A stretch of 62,952 nucleotides of DNA from a virus (lineage: Duplodnaviria; Caudoviricetes), in the IMG/VR virus record IMGVR_UViG_3300048586_000467, positions 1 through 62,952 of that record; one strand, given 5' to 3'. The position numbers and the translations under genes are program-made. This document shows, piece after piece, positions 56,044 to 62,952 of this stretch. The notes under the pieces are model-generated. The model did no database searches. It was not told where the DNA came from and saw nothing but the letters and a program-made list of their open reading frames with translations. Positions within the stretch are counted from its first letter, which is position 1. Each line of letters starts with the position of its first letter.

Positions 56044-56697
56044 ATGGTAGCTCATAAGGGACATGGCTGGAAGCGTCTGTCAGTCAACATGAATTCACAC
56101 ATTGCTGAACTGGAAAAATCCATTACTGATCGGCAGCCGGCTTCACGTAGTGTTCTGGTGAGCAACGCTGTCGGGGCGTTCCGGGAAGCGCTGGTCGATC
56201 AGCATCGGCAATATCCGACTTTCACTGAACATTGGTTGGGCTATGCGGAAAAGGTAGTGGGACATGTTGTTGGCGGAACTACTATCCATCTGACTGACGA
56301 CACCGAAGCCGACCTGCAGGCGCTGGGCGCGTGGCTCGAGCAGAGTGGCAAGAAACAATTGCTGATGGTGAAGGGCGGTTACAACCGAAAACTGCTGATT
56401 TATCTGGCAATGCGCTGGTATGACGACCTCCTGACCACCATCGCAGAGGTCAATGCCGCACTCCCGACTGCTGATGACATCCGGGCGATAAAGTCATCCG
56501 CCAACGCGCACTTCGAGCTGCGCGATGATGAGGGTGGGGAGTTCGTGCTCTGGCTGGTCGACATGAACGGGACGCAATCAGGTTCTTACGGCGAAGGCGT
56601 TGAACGCCACATCAGCACGTATCAGGGGTTACCCGCGCCCGAAGAGGCGCGCCAGGCCGCGATAACTTGGTTAAATACCAACGCTCACTGGCTATAA
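56044..56697 (+). CDS. Tandem ribbon-helix-helix-like regulator
   Basis: KRLSVNM…SRSVLVSNAV and TTIHLT…NRKLLIYLAM. Confidence 0.55.
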   Translation: MVAHKGHGWKRLSVNMNSHIAELEKSITDRQPASRSVLVSNAVGAFREALVDQHRQYPTFTEHWLGYAEKVVGHVVGGTTIHLTDDTEADLQALGAWLEQSGKKQLLMVKGGYNRKLLIYLAMRWYDDLLTTIAEVNAALPTADDIRAIKSSANAHFELRDDEGGEFVLWLVDMNGTQSGSYGEGVERHISTYQGLPAPEEARQAAITWLNTNAHWL

Positions 56698-56729
56698 GGA
56701 GTGCTATAAGTCGCATAAGTGCGACTTGT

Positions 56730-56759
56730 TTGACAAGTTGCGAACACGTGTGCTACTCT
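56730..56759 (+). promoter_or_regulatory. ncRNA/tRNA promoter with LexA-like box
   Basis: TTGACA-18-(TG)TACTCT; GAAC-ACGT-GTGC overlaps the -10. Confidence 0.65.
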
Positions 56760-56842
56760 ATTTGAGGCCGAGCGGAGTGTACTAACGTCGCCACTTCGCT
56801 CCTGGGGGCGCCTCGTCAGCGCCCCCGGTTCTTCCTCATGAT

Positions 56843-56916
56843 GGCGGTATAGCTCAGCGGTAGAGCGCTCTGCTCGAAAAGCAGAGAGGTCGATGGTTCG
56901 AATCCTTCAATCGCCA
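56843..56916 (+). tRNA. Atypical tRNA (GAA/Phe-like or undetermined; expanded anticodon arm, no encoded CCA)
   Basis: GGCGGTA-TA-GCTC AGCGGTA GAGC-G-CTCTGC TCGAAAA GCAGAG-AGGTC-GATGG TTCGAAT CCTTC-AATCGCC-A. Confidence 0.8.
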
Positions 56917-56929
56917 CATGCTAACTTTA

Positions 56930-57230
56930 TTGTCCGGTCGCCTTGAGTGAGCACCTGCGCTACTCGCATCCCAATCACAGGCGGTAGAGCGGCACCGGCA
57001 AAAGAAGCATTCAACGGAGAGGGGGGCAGGGTTCGTCCGGTGCACCGTCAAGCGCCGAGGTGCCTCTGGTGGTTATACCCGGTCTTAACTCAAGCCCCTC
57101 CGATCCCAAAACTATTTTTGATGCTAATTTTAAGGCGCTCGGCAGGTAGCACAAAAGCGCCACACAGACGAGAGAGGTTGTCGACCCGCAGCACGCGGTC
57201 ACCTGCTGGCCTAAGGGCCTGACCGGGCGG
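56930..57230 (+). ncRNA. Candidate ~300-nt structured ncRNA downstream of the tRNA
   Basis: Nested long-range stems, no credible ORF, followed by strong terminator. Confidence 0.55.
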
Positions 57231-57250
57231 GGAGACACCTCAAACGCGGC

Positions 57251-57288
57251 GACACCCCGGAACAATCGTTCCGGGGTGTCTTTTTATT
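57251..57288 (+). terminator. Intrinsic terminator
   Basis: GACACCCCGGAAC-AATC-GTTCCGGGGTGTC-TTTTT. Confidence 0.9.
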
Positions 57289-57399
57289 CCTTGACAGGTC
57301 TAGTTGTTATTTTACCATGATGGATAATGTACATCACAGTAACGTGAATGTTGTACACAATGAGAAACGGGAATATCGTATGCCCAGGAAGAGCCGGGA

Positions 57400-57861
57400 A
57401 TGACGTCCACCTTCCACATCCAGTATCGAGCAGGCGCAGCCGATCCGTGGCAGCGGCTTGAAGAGCCGTCGGACACGCGAGGGGAGCCAAAGCCACTGAG
57501 TTTCAAGAGTCGCGCGAAAGCCGAAAAGCGCGCGCTGGAATTCTCGATGGCGAATGAGGGTCAGTTTCGGGTCGTCAGCGACCAGCCTCTGACCGGGTCC
57601 TACTTCGTGTTTCTCGACGGTCACAAGCTGGTGCAGACACCTGGCGCCTTGCTCTCGTACCCGGATGAGCGCAGCGATGTACTGTCTCTCGAAACCCTGA
57701 TCGGTCCTGAGGTCGAGGCGCTGGAAAAAGCGAAAGTGCCGGAACCCCAGATCCGGGCGCTGGGCCGTCTTCTGGCCCGCTATGCCCGCTGCCGACCAGA
57801 ACTTCTTCGTAAAGTACACGCTGCGGCGGTCGCTGCCGCTGAAGGGGACGCACTATGCTAG
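57400..57861 (+). CDS. Hypothetical protein
   Basis: Downstream of TTGACA at 57291; overlaps next gene. Confidence 0.65.
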   Translation: MTSTFHIQYRAGAADPWQRLEEPSDTRGEPKPLSFKSRAKAEKRALEFSMANEGQFRVVSDQPLTGSYFVFLDGHKLVQTPGALLSYPDERSDVLSLETLIGPEVEALEKAKVPEPQIRALGRLLARYARCRPELLRKVHAAAVAAAEGDALC

Positions 57862-58334
57862 GATGCGACATGGCAGCAATTAAGCAGCGGTTTCAGATCA
57901 ATGAGCGTATCGCTGCCTACCTCAAGTTCATTGACGCGAAGCTGGGCGAGCAGGCCTTCGCCGATGCGTACACGTATCGCAGCAAGAACTACAACGTGAG
58001 CGGCATCGTCTCGACAGCCCTCACTCGCTGGGCAAGGAAAATCGGCGAAGGCGACGAGATTGCGCTCGACAAGCTGGAAGCTTATCTGATCGAATACCTG
58101 TATCTCGCCTACGTCAACAAAGGCAACACGACGCAGATCTACATCAACGAAATCACGTCCAATTCGTTCGACGTTATCGCCACGTATCTGCTCGACTACC
58201 CTGATGATGTGCCGCTCTTGGAACACAAAGGCAAGAAAAAGGTCAATCGGCACCTGATTATTATTCTGGCGCTGCTGAAGCTCTCTGAAGACCTGGGCCA
58301 CAAAATCCCCAACCTGCTGCCGCCCAAGCCTTAA
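57855..58334 (+). CDS. Tandem RHH-like regulator, probable paralog of 56044-56697
   Basis: KQRFQIN…NVSGIVSTAL and TTQIYIN…NRHLIIILAL. Confidence 0.55.
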   Translation: MLGCDMAAIKQRFQINERIAAYLKFIDAKLGEQAFADAYTYRSKNYNVSGIVSTALTRWARKIGEGDEIALDKLEAYLIEYLYLAYVNKGNTTQIYINEITSNSFDVIATYLLDYPDDVPLLEHKGKKKVNRHLIIILALLKLSEDLGHKIPNLLPPKP

Positions 58335-58355
58335 TCTCTCACCTGTCAAACACTG

Positions 58356-58389
58356 AAGACCGCTGGTTGTTAAACCAGCGGTCTTTTTG
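58356..58389 (+). terminator. Intrinsic terminator
   Basis: AAGACCGCTGGTT…AACCAGCGGTCTTTTTT. Confidence 0.85.
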
Positions 58390-58490
58390 ATTCTCGCTCT
58401 CAAAATTCGTGCCATTGTAAGGAAAAAAGACATTTGTTATGACATACAGTATATGCTATCATAAAGTGACATTTCACAAAGGAGGCTGAC

Positions 58491-59438
58491 GTGCAGAAAT
58501 TTCGTTGGGATCCGACACGGGTGTTTATCGGGCGTGGCGCCTCGGAAGCGTTCGGCATTCAGAATGCGATGACCGTTGCTGTCCAGTTGTCGAATGCAGG
58601 CCTGTGGGATGGCATGAGCCGCCTGGTCATCAACAGTCCGGCTGCCGTCGCCAAGAAAGTGCTGTATCTGGAGGGGTCCCTGCGCAGCATTCTGGTGCAG
58701 GGGATCGACTATGAGATTTACCCGGACGAACCGCTCATCCCGGAGCCGCGTTTCGTCGACCGCGATCACGTTGCCATTACCGGCTTCTGTGAACATTGCG
58801 AAGGGCAGTTCGACAACATCGTCTCGCGCCGGGCCTGGGATTATCGCGGCGACCGCAACTACCGCTTTGAGCAGCTCTGTCCAATCTGTGAGCGCATTTT
58901 GTATGGTGCAGTCAGTGTCGTCTCCCTCGCACACCCGGTCGATGACGAGGCCCGCTACGACGCCTTCATCGACGCACACGGCGACGACCCGGAAGCGCTA
59001 CAGATGACGATAGCCAGTCTTCTGGAGGCGAATCAAGCGCTGCGCGAAGAATTGGAAGCCAACTACCTGCGCGCCGTAAACGCAGAAGCCGTCGCCGCGT
59101 GGCTGCGTCAGGACAGTGAAGCATTGCTTACCTGGTATGCACGGCTGGGTATTCGGCTCGTCGGCGCCAGTGTGCATCGCACCCTGCGGACAACGCTTGA
59201 CCACAGCGCGGCGGGCCGCCAGTTCCTCGCCAACTACACCACGATGCACGAAGCGTTGAAGACGATTAGCGCTGGCGCGCCGGTGGAATGCCCCAAGCCG
59301 ACCGATGACCTATACGAGGACGATGAGGACCACACGGGCTACGTGAGCGACTACACGCGGTATGGCGTGGCACAGGTGGCTCGCCGTGCGCTCGCGGAGG
59401 TAGCGTCCCATGACGTTGTTACTGCCAGCGCCGGCTAG
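58491..59438 (+). CDS. Hypothetical Zn-finger protein
   Basis: AAGGAGG RBS, promoter TTGTTA-17-TATCAT; CEHC…CPIC. Confidence 0.75.
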   Translation: MQKFRWDPTRVFIGRGASEAFGIQNAMTVAVQLSNAGLWDGMSRLVINSPAAVAKKVLYLEGSLRSILVQGIDYEIYPDEPLIPEPRFVDRDHVAITGFCEHCEGQFDNIVSRRAWDYRGDRNYRFEQLCPICERILYGAVSVVSLAHPVDDEARYDAFIDAHGDDPEALQMTIASLLEANQALREELEANYLRAVNAEAVAAWLRQDSEALLTWYARLGIRLVGASVHRTLRTTLDHSAAGRQFLANYTTMHEALKTISAGAPVECPKPTDDLYEDDEDHTGYVSDYTRYGVAQVARRALAEVASHDVVTASAG

Positions 59439-59805
59439 GACGTGCTGCCGCGAAGGTTGTAACGAGCCGCGACTTGTTCCGAAGAAAGGCGGCAGGCCTT
59501 ACAGCATGTGCGAGAAGCACCAGAAGGCGGCCTGGAACAGTCGCGACCGCAACCCGACGCCGGCGGACAAGCCCAAGAGTCGGCGCGGTCGCAAGCCAAA
59601 ACAGGCCGCGCCACCGCCGCGCAAGCTGATGCTGATCGATTACGAGGGTGGGGTGGTGCAGCTCCTGGAACTTCAGATCGTGAACGAAGTCAAATTGCAC
59701 GATCTGCGCCGGGGGGAGCCGCACCCCCACACCATTGGATTTTACGAGCACATCGGCTACCAGATCGCCGAAATTCGCACGTCACCAGTCAAAGAGGTTG
59801 TGTGA
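59410..59805 (+). CDS. Hypothetical CCCH-type zinc/basic protein
   Basis: GGAGG RBS; CREGC…CEKH. Confidence 0.65.
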   Translation: MTLLLPAPARTCCREGCNEPRLVPKKGGRPYSMCEKHQKAAWNSRDRNPTPADKPKSRRGRKPKQAAPPPRKLMLIDYEGGVVQLLELQIVNEVKLHDLRRGEPHPHTIGFYEHIGYQIAEIRTSPVKEVV

Positions 59806-60284
59806 TGACCACCAGCGCCGAACGCCTTGCCCGCTCGCTCATTCGGACCAGCGAAAGCGCCCAGACTGTCAGGATGTGCCTGGCTGACTTTGACGACGCG
59901 CTGGCGCGCACAGACAGCCCGGAAGAGCGCGATGCCGTCTCGGTCGAGGTCATCCGCATGTATCAGAAAGAGAAAGCCTATGGCTACAGCGAAGAAGTCC
60001 ACCAAGGCGAAGACGCCATCGCCCAAGCAGATCGCCGCCGCGCAGCACAAGCCACTCGTGATTACGCTGACCATCGAGGATCCGGCGGCCATCGTCCAGC
60101 AGGGCATGATGGTGCTGAAACGCGGCGACAACGCCATGGTCTTCAGCCCACGTTGGAGCAACCCCACGCAGCTGGGGGACGCCATCCGGGAGGCAACGCA
60201 TCAGTTCCTGCAGGTCGAAGTCGACCCCGCCGCCGCAAAAAAGCAGGCCGCGCTCGTCAAGCCACCACCGCCGCCCGCTCCTGA
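59805..60284 (+). CDS. Hypothetical protein (long out-of-frame overlap with next gene)
   Basis: TGATG coupling, GAGG RBS. Confidence 0.45.
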   Translation: MTTSAERLARSLIRTSESAQTVRMCLADFDDALARTDSPEERDAVSVEVIRMYQKEKAYGYSEEVHQGEDAIAQADRRRAAQATRDYADHRGSGGHRPAGHDGAETRRQRHGLQPTLEQPHAAGGRHPGGNASVPAGRSRPRRRKKAGRARQATTAARS

Positions 60285-60363
60285 GTCGTCCACTGACAAC
60301 GACATTCCGCAACTGAAGATGTCTGTCGCGGCTCGGATCGCTGCCCGGGTCATAAACCGGTAG
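59980..60363 (+). CDS. Hypothetical Lys/Pro-rich protein
   Basis: MATAKKSTKAK… protein-like composition. Confidence 0.6.
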   Translation: MATAKKSTKAKTPSPKQIAAAQHKPLVITLTIEDPAAIVQQGMMVLKRGDNAMVFSPRWSNPTQLGDAIREATHQFLQVEVDPAAAKKQAALVKPPPPPAPESSTDNDIPQLKMSVAARIAARVINR

Positions 60364-60383
60364 TTCGAGGAAAGGAACAGTCA

Positions 60384-60785
60384 ATGGCTCAGAAAGTCGA
60401 ATGCTTCAATTGTGCCAGCGCCAACGTGGACGAGCAGAAGGTGTCTAACCACACTAGCAACTACAAGTGTCGTGACTGCAAGTTTGCTTTCACGGACGAC
60501 GACATCTATGACCGGATGCCACGCATGGTCAAAGTACGCCTCCACCGTGAACAGCACGGCCAGCCCGCCACGATCCCGGTCGACGAGCAGATGTGGAACC
60601 TCATCGACGCGCTCGAGCGTGGCGACGAGCTGATTACCGATCTCGCCACGCACACCGACACACTCTATCTGATGGGGCGCGGCCATGCTCCCCAGGTCAT
60701 TCCGAACGCCATTGTCAACGAACTAGTCGAGTATGGTCGTCTGCGCTTCGACAAGGCCGAGCAGGCCTACTACCTGGTTAAGTAG
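60384..60785 (+). CDS. Zn-ribbon hypothetical protein
   Basis: CFNC…CRDC; AAGGA RBS. Confidence 0.7.
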   Translation: MAQKVECFNCASANVDEQKVSNHTSNYKCRDCKFAFTDDDIYDRMPRMVKVRLHREQHGQPATIPVDEQMWNLIDALERGDELITDLATHTDTLYLMGRGHAPQVIPNAIVNELVEYGRLRFDKAEQAYYLVK

Positions 60786-60794
60786 GAACAACTT

Positions 60795-61082
60795 ATGAGC
60801 AGCAAGCGCGTTGAGATCGTCGCACTCAATACCCACACCAGCCAGATGATGACGGTTGACGACATGGCCGACGGCGCCGACGACCTCGAAAGCGCGCTGC
60901 GCTTGGACGGGTTCGACCACTTCACCGTGACCGAATATGACTCGTCGACGAAGGTGATCTACAGCAAATACCGCACGTCCTATCACCAGAATGGCGTCCG
61001 TCGCCGCTTCAAAGAGTTGCAGTGCGATAGTGCGGTCCACCTGCTGGAGCACTATGCGCTGCTCGGCGGAGACCAGATCTAG
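60795..61082 (+). CDS. Hypothetical protein
   Basis: AGGA RBS, operon context. Confidence 0.65.
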   Translation: MSSKRVEIVALNTHTSQMMTVDDMADGADDLESALRLDGFDHFTVTEYDSSTKVIYSKYRTSYHQNGVRRRFKELQCDSAVHLLEHYALLGGDQI

Positions 61083-61456
61083 CCGGACCTTAAGGGTATT
61101 GAGGAATACAGCCAATGGCGTCTTATCGTTTCAAGATAAACACCGTGCAGAGCTTGAAGGAATCATCAAGGCATTTGAAACACTGTACGGCGAGAGCGCG
61201 CTCTGCGTTCGCTATGGGCATTTTCAGGACGTTGACGGTCAGCCGGTAGATATTTCCTACGAAAGAGAAGTCGTTATTCGTCGGAATCAAGCCGTCATCA
61301 ACCTCGGATATGAGGGACAAGCGGTCCTCACCCTTGATTCATTGGTGCGAGTAGATAGCGAGTTTGTCCTGTCTTCCAAGCGCTGAGATCAACTTGCGAA
61401 TTAGCACCACCCAATTCTGTTTACCCATCGCATTGCGATTGCATAAGGAGACTCTC

Positions 61457-61891
61457 ATGGCCCCACGTAAGAACAAGACCGTTGAAGAAGAAATCACCGA
61501 CCTGCTCGACGAGAAAACCGACCAGGCCGAAGACAAGGGCCTGATACTCGATGACGAGGGCGGTGAACCCCTCAACGACGACATCCTCTCTGACGAGGAT
61601 GAACCGGCTGCTGAAGCCGATTCGGACGACGAGGAAGGCGCAGAGGAAGCGCCCGCCACCGACACGACCGCAGCCCAGGCAAAGCCTGAAGATGCCACCG
61701 CAGGCCGGGTCTTCAAAATCGGCTCGACCAGCATCCCGGAGAGCGAAGCCACCGTCGGGAAATCCAACGAACAGGTGCGCAGCATCCTGAAGACGTCCTT
61801 CCCGGAAGTCGCCAACGCCACGATTGGGGTCACGCGTGAGGGCGAGCAGACCATCGTCAGCTTCCTGCCGCAGCCCGGTCGCAAGGGCTAG
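61457..61891 (+). CDS. Prokaryotic ubiquitin-like protein (PRTRC protein C-like) with long acidic N-terminal extension
   Basis: RVFKIG…IP…SNEQVRSIL…FPEVANAT…VSF…GRKG-stop matches the Prok_Ub pattern; AAGGAG RBS. Confidence 0.85.
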   Translation: MAPRKNKTVEEEITDLLDEKTDQAEDKGLILDDEGGEPLNDDILSDEDEPAAEADSDDEEGAEEAPATDTTAAQAKPEDATAGRVFKIGSTSIPESEATVGKSNEQVRSILKTSFPEVANATIGVTREGEQTIVSFLPQPGRKG

Positions 61892-61900
61892 GGAATAGGC

Positions 61901-62164
61901 ATGGCTATTGATGCGCATCTGACCATCAGCCACGCCGACCTACTGGATGCACTGCAATCGGTCCCGGCGCTGGAACTTCAGAGCGTGATACTCCTGCGGG
62001 AGTATCACGCCACCGGTGTCTTCCCCAGCCGCGAGCAGGTGATCGGCGCGACGGAGGAACTGGTCGCATACACCAGACAGGCGTCCGGCGCTGCGGCTGA
62101 ACTACGTAAGCTGACCGCCATACCTGCTGGGGAAGCTGCATTGGTGGAGACCTATTCACTATGA
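61901..62164 (+). CDS. Small protein in the Ubl operon
   Basis: Between Ubl and F-like genes, ATGA overlap with the latter. Confidence 0.65.
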   Translation: MAIDAHLTISHADLLDALQSVPALELQSVILLREYHATGVFPSREQVIGATEELVAYTRQASGAAAELRKLTAIPAGEAALVETYSL

Positions 62165-62820
62165 CTCTGATGCTGCCAGAACGGGCGACAGCCGCCAGCG
62201 GTGGGATTGCCGAAATTTACCGGGCCATCGGTTTCGTTTGCGATGCGTCGTTTGGAGTCGGGCCAGCCCGGGAAATCCTTGAAGCCATTCGACTGTTCGA
62301 TCCGTTCTGGTTTGACACCACAACCGACCAACTACGTTATCACGGCTCTGACAATGTCTTTCTGACCTGTCGTCAGCAGTTTCCAGGTGTTTATGCTGAC
62401 CTGCTGTGGGAATGCCAGACCTTCGACCCCAACGATGACGACTTCTACATGCATATTCGCGATGTTGTCGAGGAGGGGGTAGGTGCCGTCATTGCCGACC
62501 GCACACAGGCGGACTGCTTCTCATGGATCGAAATGGTTGAGGCCATTGAGGCCGATTGGGTTCCCTACGAGTGCGTTGGCTTCCGCGACTTTCCCGAGGA
62601 TGACGAAGAGTGGGAAGAGCTTCAGATCGACGACGATGACCGTCGGCAGATCGTCGACTGGTTGCGACCGCAACGTGCATATCGGAAAAACTATTATCAC
62701 TGCATTGACGAATTGGGTTGGAGCCTGTCCTGGCAGCCGGGGCGTACTTACGACCAGCTCTGGGCGATGACGGCCTGGCTGGTGGGTCGCACCGGGAACA
62801 CGCTGGCGGACTTCACCGAC
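62161..62820 (+). CDS. 5' part of PRTRC protein F-like gene (continues at position 1)
   Basis: GGAG RBS, MTLMLPERATAA…, acidic, TGNTLAD; absent from the ORF track because it runs off the contig end; F identity rests on synteny. Confidence 0.65.
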
Positions 62821-62929
62821 GATACGTTCAGTGACATGGAGTTTCAGATTCCATCCTGGTCTGACCTGGACTACGCGATTGTCGTGCAGAACGAGGCGCT
62901 GGAGATCGTGGAGAAGGCGCTCGCCGGCG
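62821..62929. repeat. Terminal direct repeat, right copy
   Basis: Identical to 1-109. Confidence 0.95.
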
Positions 62930-62952
62930 CGCGCCGTCTAAGTAATGAAGCG

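Noticed and set aside
56930-57230. tmRNA, RNase P RNA, group I intron or the 91-aa ORF 56947-57222
   Set aside because: No Ala-type acceptor ends or tag ending in AA-stop, no GAGGAAAGUC core, no intron core motifs; the ORF lacks an RBS and overlaps the stems
57260-57271. Perfect GAAC-AATC-GTTC LexA box
   Set aside because: Explained as the top of a terminator hairpin, though dual use near the 57291 promoter is not excluded
60991-61386. 131-aa ORF upstream of the Ubl as the missing JAB protease
   Set aside because: No HxH-x(7-10)-D motif and start uncertain; it may be a shorter real gene but function is unsupported
62821-62952. Terminal repeat as a biological DTR or att site
   Set aside because: It falls inside a coding region and ends in a divergent tail, which fits an assembly overlap
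1-62952. CRISPR array, DGR/retron reverse transcriptase, integrase, IS transposase, alternative genetic code
   Set aside because: No repeat-spacer arrays, no YxDD reverse transcriptase, no recombinase or transposase motifs seen; core genes are intact under the standard bacterial code

Overview
The window looks like a complete ~62.8 kb circular genome of a tailed dsDNA phage with siphovirus-like gene order. Positions 62821-62929 repeat 1-109, so the unit length is ~62,820 bp and one gene runs across the junction. The host is probably Chloroflexota, inferred from AGAAC-N4-GTTCT-type LexA boxes, the style of the DnaB N-terminus, an M23 endolysin and high GC. The minus strand 34251-7923 carries terminase, a portal-2H phosphoesterase-MuF fusion, a ChaB-protease-HK97 capsid fusion, neck and tail genes, tape measure, receptor-binding proteins, a GT-C-like membrane protein and lysis genes. 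The rest holds an XRE repressor operon with ParA, an LmbU-like protein and a HerA-like ATPase, plus Rep, DnaB, RecT-like and UvrD genes and DNA-modification genes (Mom-like, N6-MTase-like, PAPS reductase/DndC-like, DUF5131 plus partner). I found no integrase, so it may be a plasmid-like prophage. Highlights: (1) a PRTRC-type ubiquitin-like cassette split by the contig junction (Ubl with a long acidic extension, F-like, E2-D and ThiF/E1; no JAB seen), running directly into DNA-modification genes that carry beta-clamp-like motifs; (2) four copies of an unexplained TTAGGG-N23-CCCTAA site, two bracketing a single gene; (3) two promoter-driven, highly structured non-coding loci, one containing an aberrant tRNA; (4) LexA-like boxes inside several predicted promoters plus a phage LexA-DBD-only protein. 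All family calls come from motif recognition by eye, with no database searches.
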